64,000 nt of DNA from the human T2T-CHM13v2.0 reference genome, Homo sapiens, in assembly GCF_009914755.1 (NCBI RefSeq), contig NC_060926.1; one strand, 5' to 3'. Positions 25,232-39,315 of this stretch are shown here, piece after piece; positions within the stretch are counted from its first letter, which is position 1; every line of letters starts with the position of its first letter. The notes beneath the pieces are model-generated. The model searched no databases. It saw only the letters and a program-made list of their open reading frames with translations, and had not been told where the DNA came from. A program made the translations under genes and the position numbers.

Positions 25232-25939
25232 TGTCTCTTTTGCAGAACATCCAAAGATTATTGATTATACGGGATCATACCTGGAAGGCAACATGCTGAA
25301 CATAAACTCAGTAATTTACTAATGTAATCTGTATCTCTGCCCATGTCTGCTCTTTATTAATTTTCAGTGACTCAGCTGTGTGTATTTGATGTCTTAGCTC
25401 GTGTCAAAGAACGATGTATTTCAAAAGTCTTTCTCTTAAAAATGATTTGTTAAAAAGGAGAAATATTTCTGATGTTGAGCCTTTTCTTCACTTCTGGCTT
25501 CAGAGCAGTGAGATGTCCTCTTTTGGTGGCTCTATTAACAATTAACCTTCACATAAATGGCAGCCAACCTTCCCTTTGACACTGTAATTGTTCCATAATT
25601 CTGGCTTGAAAAAGACTATTTCATGATCGGCAGCAAACATTTGTTAAACCTCCATTAAGCACCAGGTTGAGAAACAATAAAAATGTACAATTCAGAGCCT
25701 ACTCTGGGGAAGAACATGCTGGAGCCTTGGAGGCAGAGCAGCCTGGGTGCCAAAGGGAGAAGTCAGGTGAGGCCTCAGGGCCAGGAGAAATTTCACCCCT
25801 TTCAAAAATAGGCTCCAGAAGGGCTTCCTGGAAAGCACAGAGGGAAGAAACAGCACCAAGAATGGTGGATGGAGGAGACAGGACTGGAACGTGACGGGAA
25901 GGTAAAAAGAAAGTGGGAAAAGAGAAGAAAAAGGACACT

Positions 25940-26140
25940 TTTCGAGCATCTGCTACATGATGTTAGGATTTACATTTTTTTCCTAATGCAATCTTTAAAG
26001 CAAGTCTTATGAAGTGGGCATCATCATGCCCATTCTAAAGACAGAGACATTGAGGCTGATCACTTACTCAATGCCTCACGGCTAGTAAGTGTCCAAGCTA
26101 TGAGTTCCTGTTCTCTTTGCCTTTCAAGCCGTGGCTTTTG
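25940..26140 (-). mobile_element. MIR
   Basis: tatgaagtgggcatcatcatgcccattctaaagacagagacattgaggct…cacggctagtaagtg core. Confidence 0.65.
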
Positions 26141-26314
26141 CAATGTGTAATTTTTCTGATCTTTGACCTCTTAAACCACATTACCTACATATCCCTTACA
26201 ACCTCCCTTGACTGTTGTAAGCCTAAAATGAGAAGTGAGTGTGTGTAACCTCTCAGCTGCAGAGTCTCCACACTGGGCACTCCTTTCTGCCCTTGCACAT
26301 GCTCTTCCCTCTGC

Positions 26315-26764
26315 GTGAAAATGGCCACACTGCCCAAGGTAATTTATAGATTCAATGCCATCCCCATCAAGCTACCAATTGGAAAAAACTACTTTAAAGT
26401 TCATATGGAACCAAAAAAGAGCCCACATTGCCAAGTCAATCCTAAGCCGAAAGAACAAAGCTGGAGGCATCACGCTACCTGACTTCAAACTATACTACAA
26501 GGCTACAGTAACCAAAACAGCACGGTACTGGTACCAAAACAGAGATATAGACCAATGGAACAGGACAGAGCCCTCAGAAATAACACCACACATCTACAAC
26601 CATCTGATCTTTGACAAACCTGACAAAAACAAGAAATGGGGAAAGGATTCCCTATTTAATAAATGGTGCTGGGAAAACTGGCTAGCCATATGTAGAAAGC
26701 TGAAACTGGATCCCTTCCTTGCACCTTATACAAAAATTAATCCAAGATGGACTAAAGACTTAAA
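26315..26764 (+). mobile_element. Internal L1PA ORF2 fragment without 3' UTR or poly(A), inserted in an L2 remnant
   Basis: Encodes [23 protein letters not shown]…[19 protein letters not shown]…[25 protein letters not shown]; flanked by tcttccctctgc at 26303-26314 and 26765-26776. Confidence 0.93.
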
Positions 26765-28289
26765 TCTTCCCTCTGCTTAGAATGCTCCTGTACCTGTTGG
26801 CAGTACATGCCAGTTCATGCAGGCTGCAGACACTCTCAGCAACAACATTTGCACGGAAGGGAAAGGACTCTTTGAAAGTTATATGCCATCTTAGATACAT
26901 TCCTGGCTGTTATCATAGAACGAGTTAAAGCATATCAGTATTTGTAACTCAGCAATACATGCTTTTGTATACTTTGAATGAGAATTTACCATATCTTTTT
27001 AAAAGAATCCAATATACATTCTGATTTATCATCTGCCATTGCCCGTTTGTCTTATCTCCCTTTCTGAAATATCCTTTCAAGATGGAAAGTACAGCTGATT
27101 ACAGAAGGTGTGTTTATAACTTGGTGACAGAGAAAGGAAAGTCAGGCGAGCACTATTGAATCAGATAGTTGGGGGTTTTATTGTGTTCTCTGAGCTACTT
27201 TTAATAAACTTTCTTGATACTCAGTAAAAGGATGTGGTCTCCATCAAAAGCTCTTTTCGGTAACCAAATCAACAAGAGGAGAAAAACACACCTACACAGT
27301 CCCAGGTGCAGCTGAACTGTGGAGAACTTTGTGAGGGTGCAGGGTGCCTCTGCTCCCACCAGCTCTGAGGGGCTCCCTGGGACCGGCAGCTCACATCTCA
27401 CACAAAGTCACAGGTGTGTGGCAGCAGCGAGCTTCTTTCAGCTACAAGTTCAGAGGAAAGAGAGTGCACTGCCCTGTGCTCTCCCAACTTAGAATTGCAG
27501 CTGTCTTCCAGCTAACACTTTTCTATGCCCACCTCAATCTCAAAGCACTGGCCAAAGTCCAAGTATACTGAGCAGCCCCGAATTCATCTGCCAAATGCCC
27601 ATCCATCCTCTTAGCCAGTCAAGCATTTGTAGGGACAGGGGTGTAGAGAGGAGGCTGGTTTGGAAAATGAGGCATCGGCTTGGGGTGATGGAGGAGAAGC
27701 ACATATGACTCTTGCCCAAGGATGGGCAGGACCTCCTTTGCTTGGGGCCATTCCCCGCATTCTCTCATTGAGGTTAAAGAGAAGACACATGTCCTCCTGC
27801 CAGAGTCCCATGTTCAATAAATAAAACATGGCTGAGAGACAGGGTGTGGCTCCTGGGAGACTGCTGCTCATTTCTCTTTAGAAAACCCCCCACTGCCGAC
27901 AACTTTTCTTTCTGTCTCGGAATTCTTCATGCATGTTTTGATGCATCTTTAATTCTATACATGTTATAGTCAAGGTACTTTGGTAGACCCCATGACATGT
28001 CAAAATATTGTTTGTCTTTGTCTTAAAGTTGTTATACCTCAGTTTCTTTACCATATAAGAGTGAGCATTTATCTTTATTTATTTTAAGGAGTTATTCAAA
28101 GTTATTACATAGATGAAAAGTCAGACAAGCAGGGAGCATGTCTGTTTGGTTGGCCTCTGCTTCATCAGTTCCTAGCTCAGTGCTATGCAAGAAAATACAC
28201 AACTAATAGATAACTATTCTCTGGTCTGTAGTAGCAGTGATTTAAAAAACAACAACAGAAAAAGGCTACTCTAGTGTGAAGTGTCAACT

Positions 28290-28505
28290 CTAATACATTC
28301 ATTGGCACACTCTGGGTGCTTTCACATATATGACTTCCTTTAGGCTTCATGGTCACTCTGAGAAGTAGGTCTTATGATAGTCGTTTGACAGAGAAATGGG
28401 GACTAAGAGAGTTTAAGTGACTCCACAAAAGGCTCAACATTTGTGTTGCAGCCAGAGTTTCAACCCAGACCCTTAAATCTAAGCCCGATGCTGTTCCACC
28501 AAGCC
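28290..28505 (-). mobile_element. MIR
   Basis: ctctgagaagtaggtcttat…gacagagaaatggggactaagagagtttaagtgact core. Confidence 0.65.
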
Positions 28506-28542
28506 ATCGTTCTCTTCCAATAGTGAGAAATATACTCTAGCC

Positions 28543-28844
<302 letters not shown>

Positions 28845-30089
28845 AGAAATATACACTAGTCCACAGGAGGTAAGCACTGCTGGGCTATTCTCTTCACTCT
28901 CAGCCAACATGCCTAGTGGAATTCCACTGAGCTGGGGCCTGGCCAATTTGTCCCACACGTATGAGTGATGTTGCCATGCTGGGGGCTATACCTACATTGT
29001 TTCATTCTTCTTCAGAATAACTCTTCAAGGTGCCATCACAGCTGGGGCCATCAAAGCTGAACTGCAGGGAAGATCGGCCATGTCCCAGCATCACCCAGCT
29101 TTGCCTCCAAAGCTGCTCTCTGAATCACTGTGCTCCCCACACAGCCGCTAACATGTCAGTTGATTTTCAGGCATTGTACCAAAGAGCAGGGGCTTCTCAA
29201 GCTTTCCAAGGCCCTGGGGAGGCACTCCCAAACCAGATTTATGCATATAACAATGTAGTGCTCATGGGCCAATAATACCATCACTTCTACAGCACTCATT
29301 ACATGTTGGCTGTCATTCTGAGTGCTGTAATGCATTCTAGCACATGTGTTCTTTTTCTTTTTTTAATTGAACCATGTTAGTGAATCTCTAGAATTATCAC
29401 TTTTTGTCATCAAAACATGAGCCATATCACAAGTAAACATTACTTTGTTCTGTATTTTATAATCAGCTCTTATATGGCCAGCATGTGACCAAATGGATAA
29501 ACAAGGTGATGCCCACGATGATCTCACAGCTTGGAAAGTAGCAGAGTACACTGGTGAGCAACCGGACACCTCATGTACACTGTACCAAGTGCTCTATAAA
29601 TGTTCCTTCAGTTAGGGGCACCCTGAGATGGAAGGACCCACTGGCCTGGTCTTTTCAAAAGGGATGCATGTAACACTGTTTTGCCATTGATAGGTGCCCT
29701 AGGTAGAGAAATTTACCAGTGGGGATTTCAGAATAAAGCAGACAGGTGTCCAAGATGAGTGAGGAGCTCCAAGAGACTGAGCAGGTCACAGATGTTGACA
29801 ACTGGCAGGACTCTATGTTCGTAGAGGAGATTTGAGTTAGATCAAAAAGGATCCAAATGTCATGCTACAATAGAGCTTTGAATCCAACAAAAACATTTAC
29901 CCAGTTTCTTTTGAGTGGATAATGTGCTCTCTGGAGGCGAGGGGCAGCCTCCAAATCAATTTAGCAGAGAAGAATTGACGCACAGAGTTTCATCATCACA
30001 GCAGGGCAGGCAGCAGCAAGAAGGTTGGACTAGAAAGGAGTTTTACACATTTCTTGTAGCAGCCAAAAGTAAAACTTCCTTTTTCAATG

Positions 30090-30925
30090 TCTTAAAACTA
30101 CATTATTTGTATCTTTTTTCTTGGTTTATAAAACATTATAAACATTTTGTAAGAACAGAGAGTAAGGCCAGGCGCAATGGCTCAGGCTTGTAATTCCAGC
30201 ACTTTGGGAGGCTGAGGCGGGCAGATCATGAGGTCAGGAGTTCGAGACCAGCCTGACTAACATGGTGAAACACCGTCTCTACTAAAAATACAAAAATTAG
30301 CCAGCTGTGGTGGCACGTGCCTATAGTCTCAGCTACTTAGGAGGCTGAGGCAGAAGAATTACTTGAACCTGGGAGGCGGAGGTTGCAGTGAGCCCAGATC
30401 ACACCATTGCACTCCAGCCTGGGTGACAGAGTAAGACTCCCTCTCAAAAAACAAAAAAAGAGATTAAAATAGTGAGTGTCTAGGTACCACTCCCAACTTT
30501 ATCAACTTCCAATCTGTGCCATGTTATGTTTGCTGCAGATGACTTTGGGGGAAGTTATTATACAGCTGGTGTGGCCCCTGCGTACTGCATGAAATCCTTC
30601 TCTCCTGATTCTCCCATGAAGATAATCATTAGCATGCATTTGGTGTTCTTACTCCTACCCAAGTGTTTAAAATCATTTCTAGTTATCGCGATAAAATTTT
30701 AAACCATTTTTAGATTTGAAAACTTTTTATAAATGATATCACATTGCATACATATTTTTTTCCACTATCTTTTTTCTAAAGCAACATGTTTTTGACATTT
30801 TGGTGTTGATTCATACAGTGCTACTTTGTTCATTTTAAACGTTGACTAGTATTGTTCACAATTTTTTATTCATCTGTTGAAGGGTGCTGTTTATTTTGGT
30901 GGAGGAAGGGGGTTGGCAAGGAAAA
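30090..30925 (-). mobile_element. L1ME-like 3' remnant hosting an Alu
   Basis: Antisense old-L1 3' UTR motifs (ttgaaaactttttataaatgatatcacattgcatacat…gttcattttaaac). Confidence 0.5.
30166..30459 (+). mobile_element. AluSg-like
   Basis: Full dimer with the 2-bp deletion (gatcatgaggtcaggagttcgagacc); agag(a/t).taa flanks. Confidence 0.9.
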
Positions 30926-33539
30926 ATGCAACTGTGTGGAACTTGATGTCAAAATCAAGGAACCAGAAGATGCAAAGTATATGTTATAGTGTCCATGAAA
31001 CCAAGGCATTGGCTGGGTTTAGTGTCAGCTTCCATGGGTCATCTCTCCAATCCTGTGATCTGTTGCTTAAATTTATTTTCACAAAATTGTACCAAGCAGT
31101 TGCCTGAAATACTCACAGAGATCAGGAAAATAGTACTTTCACTGAAGAATTTTGCAAAGTTGCTAGTAGGGCTTTAAATTCTATGAGGGTATTAGGCTTA
31201 CATGGTGGCATATCTGTTTGTTTGGTGAGTATTTGTGACTAAGTTTCTGTAGCTCTATGCCGATATATCTCTGTTATTTCTGTCTAAATTATTTTTCAGG
31301 ATTATCTTCAACAATAAGTGTCCATTGCTGCATTTGATGAGCAACAGAGGGTGGAAAACACTGATTGTATCAGTGTTGAATACATTATTTTCAACTTTCC
31401 TGTAATCTCTGCCCTGGTGTGCTTTAGGCCATTTCAGAGAAATCTAACCTAAGCCATTTGTTTTTTTCTATTACTTTTAAGTGATAGGGATCTCTTTATT
31501 CATTCAGGTAAAACTTCTGCAAAATGCAGGAGAAAGCTCCATTCTTTGGGAACTCCTGCATGTCAGACACAAAGTAAATTTTCCTTCTCTCCTCTCTCCA
31601 TCTTATGGCTTTGAAATAGACAAGTCATTCCCATTTGCATGTGGGAGAAGATGGGGAAAGAGATTAAATTATTTGTATAATGTCATGTAGGTAGAGCAAT
31701 GTGAAACAAGTACAGTTTCATCTGAGTTTAAAATTATATTTTTAACTCAAACAAGACAATATATTTTAGTTAAATAACAATGAATTTCTTTTCCCTGAAT
31801 GTCATTCACCCTAATGTGTTTTGTGGTCTGTGGCCCAGCCTGGCACCCTCCCTACACAATGGTGAGGACAGGAGAGGACTGATTGTTTGCCTTTGAACAC
31901 CTTTATTCAAACACAGTTTTTCTTGAACTTGACAGGCATATTCCATGCAACAAAGCATTTTCCTTTTGAAAATTGTTATTCAAAAAAAAGCAATGGGATG
32001 ACATAACTCGCAGGCTGTGTGCTTAGAAGGACTACCCTGCCGCAGCCAAACTCTATTGCAAACATAAAAGCCAGCAGCCTGGCACTCTTCTTTGCCCATT
32101 TCCCTCACATCGCAGTCAGCCAGCTTCAGATCTAAGCAAGCCTGCCTCACAGCCGTAGGTCCCAGGGAGAAGTGGTGTTTGCAGTTGGTTGCCACTGAAA
32201 GGCAGCGTGATGGTTAGTGAACCAGATGTCTTGACACATAGGAGGCTTCCGGGGCAGATACCCACCCACAGATTCTCAATTAGGAAAATCTACAATTAGC
32301 ATGACAGCGAGGAGAAGGATCTGGTGTGCAATTTAAATATTTTGGCTAATTCTTATTTTGCTGAGATATCAGTTATTAGCCTCCAAAATTCATGTCAAAT
32401 CCAGTTATTTGCTAAAATATGAAAAACTGTTATAAAGAAGAGATCAGTAGAGTAACACGATAAACTTGTGCTGGATTTCTCAAAAAAAACACCTGCTTCA
32501 AGGCTAAAAATCATAGATTCTAGGATATGGTTTAGATAACACAAAGCATAATCCTCATGGATCTGAGCAGACTTGAGAAGTGAACTGAAGGTGAAAAAGT
32601 CGAATCACAATGAAAAGAGACTCTTCTAATGGCTTCAGCAATTCTAATGTGTCTTGAGCCCCAAAAGATTTTGGAGTTTGCAGCTGCAGATGACAATTCC
32701 TTTTCTTTTCGTTCTTTCTTTCCTCTTTTTTTTTTCTTCTCAAACTGAATTTCAACAATGAAGCAAGTGATTGCAGTGTGGCAATAGACAAAAACTGTTT
32801 TCAGAGGGTTGCCTGCTTGCAGAGGCCTGGGAAAACCGTGCTTCCAAGTCACAAACAATAGGTCTTTTAACCTCATGCTTTGCCCCAAACTGGGTGATAA
32901 ACACATTTCCCAAAATTGTCGTGGTCCAACATATTAGGAAACCTACAATAAGAAAAGCTTAGCATAGTTTTCTGTGCTCCAATTAAAAAGAAGAATCTTT
33001 TAGAAGAGCTTTCACAAGCTGGATAGCAGCTTCCTCCAATCTGGAATTGAAGTATGAGTCTCACTTTCACACGTATCCTCAGGCAACAGCATCATTCCCA
33101 CAACATAAAGACGAATGTAAGACTCTACTGTGTGGGACACACTGCGGGGGATGGTTGGGATCTGTATGGATGAGGGAACATTCCCCAGGGAACAAAGAAA
33201 TTCACTTGGATTATTATTTCTCTACTTACCCAATCCTCCAATTAAGCTGTATTTTGAAGGAAATAAATGATTAATTTCCCTCTGCCCTGAATATCTTGTG
33301 TGTTTTAATGCTACTTTAAATATATTCAAAGAGATGGGAATGACCCTTGGTAAACAGACAAGGACATTGAACAACTGTTCATCCATTCTGTCAGCCAACT
33401 GACTGAAAATGCAAAGTCACAGGATTACTGTCCTAACTTTTGGAGATACAGAAATAAATATGGGGGGTGGGGGGCTTTCCCTTGTTTATCAGGGAAGGCA
33501 TATATTTTAGCATTCTTAACACTGGAGCGAGTTAGATGG

Positions 33540-34400
33540 TTGAGAAAACTGAACTTAAAATGCCGAATGGTGTGGATGATCACTAGGCTGTTCAGAGAAG
33601 GCAAGAGTTGAACAGATAGTAGTTGAATAGAAACAAAGAGTAGGAGTTTTCTAGGTGGGCCAGGATAGGAAGGGCATTCTAAGCAGAAGGAATTGCATAA
33701 AGACACAACAGCATGAGATAATAATAATAACTTGTATTTATTCAGCATTTACTATATGCCTGGGCTAGGTTAAGCACTTTTCAAGCACTATTTCAATTAC
33801 TCATTGAAATCACTTAATGACACAAGTACTATTATTATGCCTACTTAATATATGATAAACTGAGGCTTTGAGAATTAAATGATGTGTTCTAGTCAAATAG
33901 CTAATAAGTAATGGAGGTGGGACTCAAACTCAGGTCTTATTTTTTATTTCTTTTCCTGAAACTGAGCTCCTGATGCCATATTGCTACATGGTACATGACG
34001 CGGAGGTGTGGAGTCAGGATAAAAAGACACTCCATATCAGGCAGGGACCCTCCAGCTGCCATACACAGATAAGTGGAGTGTTTATCGCACTGTGAGCAAG
34101 GGAGTGAGATGACCATAGGGATGTTTGCAAAAGATTCCTTTTGTAGCAGTTGCGCAGACAGGATTGGTGAAGAATACCTTGGAGGGAGGGAAAGCTGAGA
34201 GAATAGGTGGAATTTTCTATCCTGATGATAAGCAATGAGAGTTAAATAAAGGCAACTCTGTGGAGATGATATATGGAGGACTGATTTGCAAAATATGTAG
34301 CATTAACGAGCTACGTGACTTGGGCAGAGGAGAGAGGACTCAGAGAAATGCCAGCCTCCTGCCTGGTCGGGAGACTTGGTGAATTGAATGACCTATAGCC
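33540..34400 (-). mobile_element. L2 fragments with nested MIR (~33718-33990)
   Basis: ggaagggcattctaagcagaaggaattgcat is L2-like; ataataataa…tgataaactgaggctttgagaattaaatga…ggtgggactcaaactcaggtct is MIR. Confidence 0.6.
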
Positions 34401-34934
34401 AAGATTCTGTAAACAGAACAGCTAACAATGACTACCGATGATCTGCTATCTCTCAGAATCAATCAGCTGTTCCCGGGTCCCTACATTTTGAGGGGAGGTG
34501 AGCAAATGCAGAGCAAAACAGCTAACTTCAAGGCTGAAGGAGCCTCCACACAGGTCAGGAGAGAGCAAAGCAACACAAACAACCCTCCAACCACACCTGG
34601 GACCTACTTTTTGAGGGGATTGGAGGGGGAACACAGGCAATGAGTGCTACAGGAGATCAGGAGAGAAATGCTCACCAGGGGCTAGATTTATGCAGGAGTT
34701 GGAAAGGCCGTAAGCTTAGAAGATGGGAGGACACCTGAGGCAGTCAGTGTGTTCATGCAGTAAGGATTGGAGTTTACCTTTCCTGTAGAATCTGTCTGCA
34801 GCATACAGATCAAATGGTACATTTCACTTGGATTGCAGAAACCCTTTAAGGAGGCCATATTAAGTGATTTGTTGTTGTGTATTTTCTGCATGTGTTTATG
34901 TGTTTAAATTGCTTCTCTAGGCATTCATGTGCAT

Positions 34935-35100
34935 CAGGATTCCATGGGATACACATTAACATTGAAATTACCAGATTCCACCCCAGGGATTCTGGGTCAG
35001 GAGAGATGGGGTGGAAGCAGGGGGATCTGACCCATTAACAATAGCAGCCAAAGTGGTTCTGCTGCAAGTGTGTGAAGACCATACTTCAAGAAACACTGCT
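34935..35100. mobile_element. MER5-like hAT fragment
   Basis: ccagattccaccccagggattctgggtcagg…gaccatacttcaagaaacactg. Confidence 0.5.
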
Positions 35101-35509
35101 GCGGGACAGGTTTTATCAAGATAGTGACACCTGGGAAATTGCATATTAGAAAGTGCGAACAGTCAGCATTGTGCTTTTTTTTTTAATTGCAGTTGTCACT
35201 AGATACTATAATATGAAATAAAAACAAAAATCCTTTTAGATATTCAGATCAGAGGCTTCAAATCCTTTAGATGCCTCTTTAATTCCCTTAGTCTTCATCT
35301 TTCTCCCTTCTCCCTGCCTCACTGTCTCTCCTAAACTCTCACATTTTTTCTCTTTACTTTTTTCTTTGCTTCTTGAGCAACTCCCGGATCTCCCTCACCT
35401 TCTCTGGATCCCTTTCGTAGCCTCTCACCCTCTCACTGTCCTGGTTTCACCTTACATTTTCATTCTTTTTTGTTTTTCATTCCATCTTCTTTTATTATTG
35501 CAGCATCCA

Positions 35510-36290
35510 TCTTATGTGGTGATTTTTCCATTGATTCGTTTATTGCTTTCTATTGGTATTGGATTGTGTCAAATACTTTTTTGCATCTATTGAGATGCCC
35601 ATATGCATTTTCTCTTAATTCTGTTGACATGGTAAATTGCACTGATTGATTTTTGACTGCTAAATCAACTTCTCATTTACTTGCTAAATCTTTGCATTTC
35701 CTTAGCCATGATATGGCATTTTATATACCTACATATATACAGACACATGCACATGCTGAATTAGCTTATAAGCTTTAAAGTATGTAATATGTGGTATGTG
35801 TCCTTGAAGCATATTTGTCTATACTTCTTAGTTTTTGTAAAGCCTTGGTCTAGTTTTGATAGAGGGTAATTCTGGCTTCATAAAATTAGTTGAGATGTGT
35901 TTCTTACTCCTCTATTTTCTGAAATAATTTTTGTAGCATAGCAATTATTTCTTTCTTAAATGTTGGATAGAATTCACCAGTGATGCCATCTGGGCCAGGA
36001 GTTTTCTTTTTCAGAAGGTTTTTAATTATGAATATGATTTTTTTAATTGACAGAAGTCTATTTTTTTTCTATTTCTTCCTAGGTTAGTTTTTTAAATTAG
36101 TGTTCTTTAAGAAATTTTTCCACTTTATATAATTTTAAAAATGTATTGGAATAGAATTGCTCGTAATATTTTCCTATTATCCTTTTTAATTTCTGTAGTA
36201 TTTTTCATGATGTCCTCTCTTTCATTGCAGATATTACTAAAATTTGCATCTTATATTTAATTTCTTCATCAGTTTAGCTGGGGGGGACTA
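35510..36290 (-). mobile_element. L1M ORF2 fragment
   Basis: ttcttaaatgttggatagaattcaccagtgatgccatctgggccaggagttttctt is antisense ORF2. Confidence 0.75.
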
Positions 36291-36463
36291 TTCTAGGTAT
36301 TATGATTAATGAGTTGTGAAAATCTGATTTCTGTGTCATATGAAGGGAGAGAAGGTTAGCACTCCCCTTGACAATGCTGGAAGGGACGCTTGGCCTGACA
36401 ACATGCATACAGTTAAGACATTGCCACCTACTTCATGGCAATGCCTTAAAGTTAAATATTGTT

Positions 36464-36825
<362 letters not shown>

Positions 36826-37299
36826 TTATCTTTTCCCCCTCAATATGTCATGTTTGTTCCAGCAAAACATTTTCTCAGCTGTACTCAATTTGAAAACTAT
36901 GTTTTGTTTTGTTTTCTTTAGCTCTGATCCCAGTTGAGATACTCTTTTTCTTTGGCTGAGCTGCTTTGGGTGTTTCAGCCAGAGATGTGGGCAGATACAA
37001 TGTGGGGAATTTCTAACTGACATCTTTTCTTCTGTGTCTCTCTTCTCTTCTCTTTTCTTCTTCTCATTTTCCATTTGCATCTGATTTCCCCATGGTCCAT
37101 GGTAAAAACTGTAATAATGGCAACTCTCCATTATAATTCTCTGCACTGGCTGTGTACTACCCCTCCTAATCTGAGTGCTTCTGTGAATTCTCCAATGCCT
37201 TCAGGTATCTGTGCTTTTGTGTTATGTTCAGAGTTTATACTTGTCAGTTACAGGAAAGTTGGTTACGTATGATGCTACTTGGCCATTACCAAAAACAGA

Positions 37300-39315
37300 T
37301 CTATGTCTTCCTCTGCCCTCATTTTTTAAAGAAGTTTTTGCTGAAAGGAGAATTTTAGCTTGTTTTGTTTTGGTTGGGTTGGGGTGGGTTTTGCTTTCAT
37401 TTGATTCTTTAAAGGTCTTGGTCCATTGTATATTATCTTGCATTGCTTCTGACAAGAAATCTGCAGTCATTCTTATATATCTGCCCCTCTGTTTATAATG
37501 TGCCTTTCTTCTCTTGCTTTTTAAAAATGTTCTGTTTCACAAATTGTTCTATAGAGATATGATTACAATGTGCTTCTGCATGGCCTTCTCTAGGCTTATC
37601 CTGCTTGGGTTTTCTTAAGTTTCTTGGCTTTGTGAATTGTAATAAAGAGTTTGACTTTACTTTTTGAAGTTTCAGTGCTGACAGCTTTTAATCCCTTGGA
37701 GTCCCTCTTCTCCTTCTGCCTGCCTCTAGTAAAATTGACAAGAAAGCCCAGTGTTCCCTTCTTTGGTGAACCTTCACCCCTCCTCATTTCTTAAACACAA
37801 TTAAAACCCCAAGTCAGCTTCCTTTTCTTCCCTGTTCTCCCAAACCATTTCCAGACCAGCTTTGGAAACCTACCTTCCTCTTCCCAGGTGCCTTGTTCTG
37901 TGAGTAATAAATCTTTTCACAATCTCATAGTAGTATGTGTGAGGCATCATCAGTCTTAACATTTAAACAAAATTTTGAGTTGGGATCCATCCTATATCTT
38001 CAGATATCTAAAAGACAATTTTATGATTCTCATCAAATTTTGAAAATTTGTGTCATTATTTCTGAAAATATTTTTCTCTTCTACTTCTGTACACAAAATA
38101 GATGTATATAATATTGTCCCACAGGGCACTGAGCTTATTAAAACTTTTTTGGTATTTTTTATATCTGTATCTGTGCTTTGATTTCTATAATTTCTATTGC
38201 CTGACTTCAAATTCTTTGATATTGTAATCCACTCTATTTAATCTTGAATTATGATCACTTAGTAAGTTTTTTATTTTGGATAACTTTTAGGTTTAGAAGT
38301 TCCATAAGGTTCTTTTCTAAGGAGGTTCCATAAACATCCTTATGTTCATATTATCCTTTACATCCTTTAGCATATTTGTACTAACAGTTTTACAGTCTTG
38401 GTTAACTAGTTCCATAATCTCTGTAATTACTAGTTTCATCTGCATTGGCTAACTTTTTTTGGTCTGGTATGTGCCGCAGTTTCCTGCTTCTTTGTAAGCT
38501 AGTGATATTTGATTGAAGTCTGGACTTACGACATTGTTATTCAGTATTTAATGTTACACTTTTTTATTTTCTTTAAAGACTATCTAAAAACTTTGTTTTG
38601 AGAGAGATTTAAGTGATCTGTGGATCACCATGATTATTTTAAGCTAGATTTTAAGTTTTTTGGGGGAAGGTCTGGATAAGCCTTTACTCAAGGGTTAATT
38701 TAACCCACGTATAAAATGTGATTTTTCTGGAGCTTCTAATGAATAATCTGGGTGCTCAATAAGGTCTTTTTTACTCTGGTTGGTTTACCTTCTATTCCAA
38801 GCATGTATGTGCTTTGGGAATTGATTAGCTTATAGTTTCTCTTTTTTTATTTTTTTGGCCAATTTTGTAAAATTTTACTTTATGCATGCAAAACTTAGAC
38901 TTCAGCAACAGACTCAGTGGGACCCATACATACATATATAGAATCTCTTTGTCTAAAAAGCTCTTTTCTCTTTGGTACTCTGTTTTTCCAATTTTATTCA
39001 CTTGAGCTGTCATAAACTACCATTTCTGCATTCTCAGCTCAACAGTTTTCCTATTCCTTGCCTGAATTCTTCCTCTCTGCAACAAGATCCATAAAATGCC
39101 TCCAGAAGAAAACCAAAACAAACAAACAAACAAAAAACACACAGTAATCATAGGGCTCAACTTGTTTGTTTTCCTGATCTCCAGGATCACAGTTTTAATT
39201 TTTTCCTTTGGCCATTATCTGAAAGAACTTTGCCATATATTTGTTCATTTTTCTACTTGTTTCTGGTGGAAGGATAAAACTAACACCAAGAACTCCTTCA
39301 TTGTTGAAAATGAAA
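37300..39315 (-). mobile_element. Old L1M ORF1/5' region, interrupted by an LTR
   Basis: Antisense ORF1-like motifs (cattgcttctgacaagaaatctgcagtcattctt; catcaaattttgaaaatttgtgtcattatttct). Confidence 0.6.
37638..37995 (+). mobile_element. Old ERV LTR fragment (family not confidently assigned)
   Basis: tgctgacagctttt…aagaaagcccagtgttccctt…aaaaccccaagtcag…gtgagtaataaatcttttcac…gtgtgaggcatcatcagtct shows LTR-like layout with a poly(A) signal. Confidence 0.6.

Noticed and set aside
26355-26780. 141-aa ORF with real protein homology
   Set aside because: It is an L1 ORF2 fragment whose start is created by a frameshifting deletion; not a host gene.
27549-27561. HNF4-type motif TGGCCAAAGTCCA (and a DR1-like site at 18432-18444)
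   Set aside because: A 9-bp core is expected roughly once by chance in 64 kb on both strands; no supporting context.
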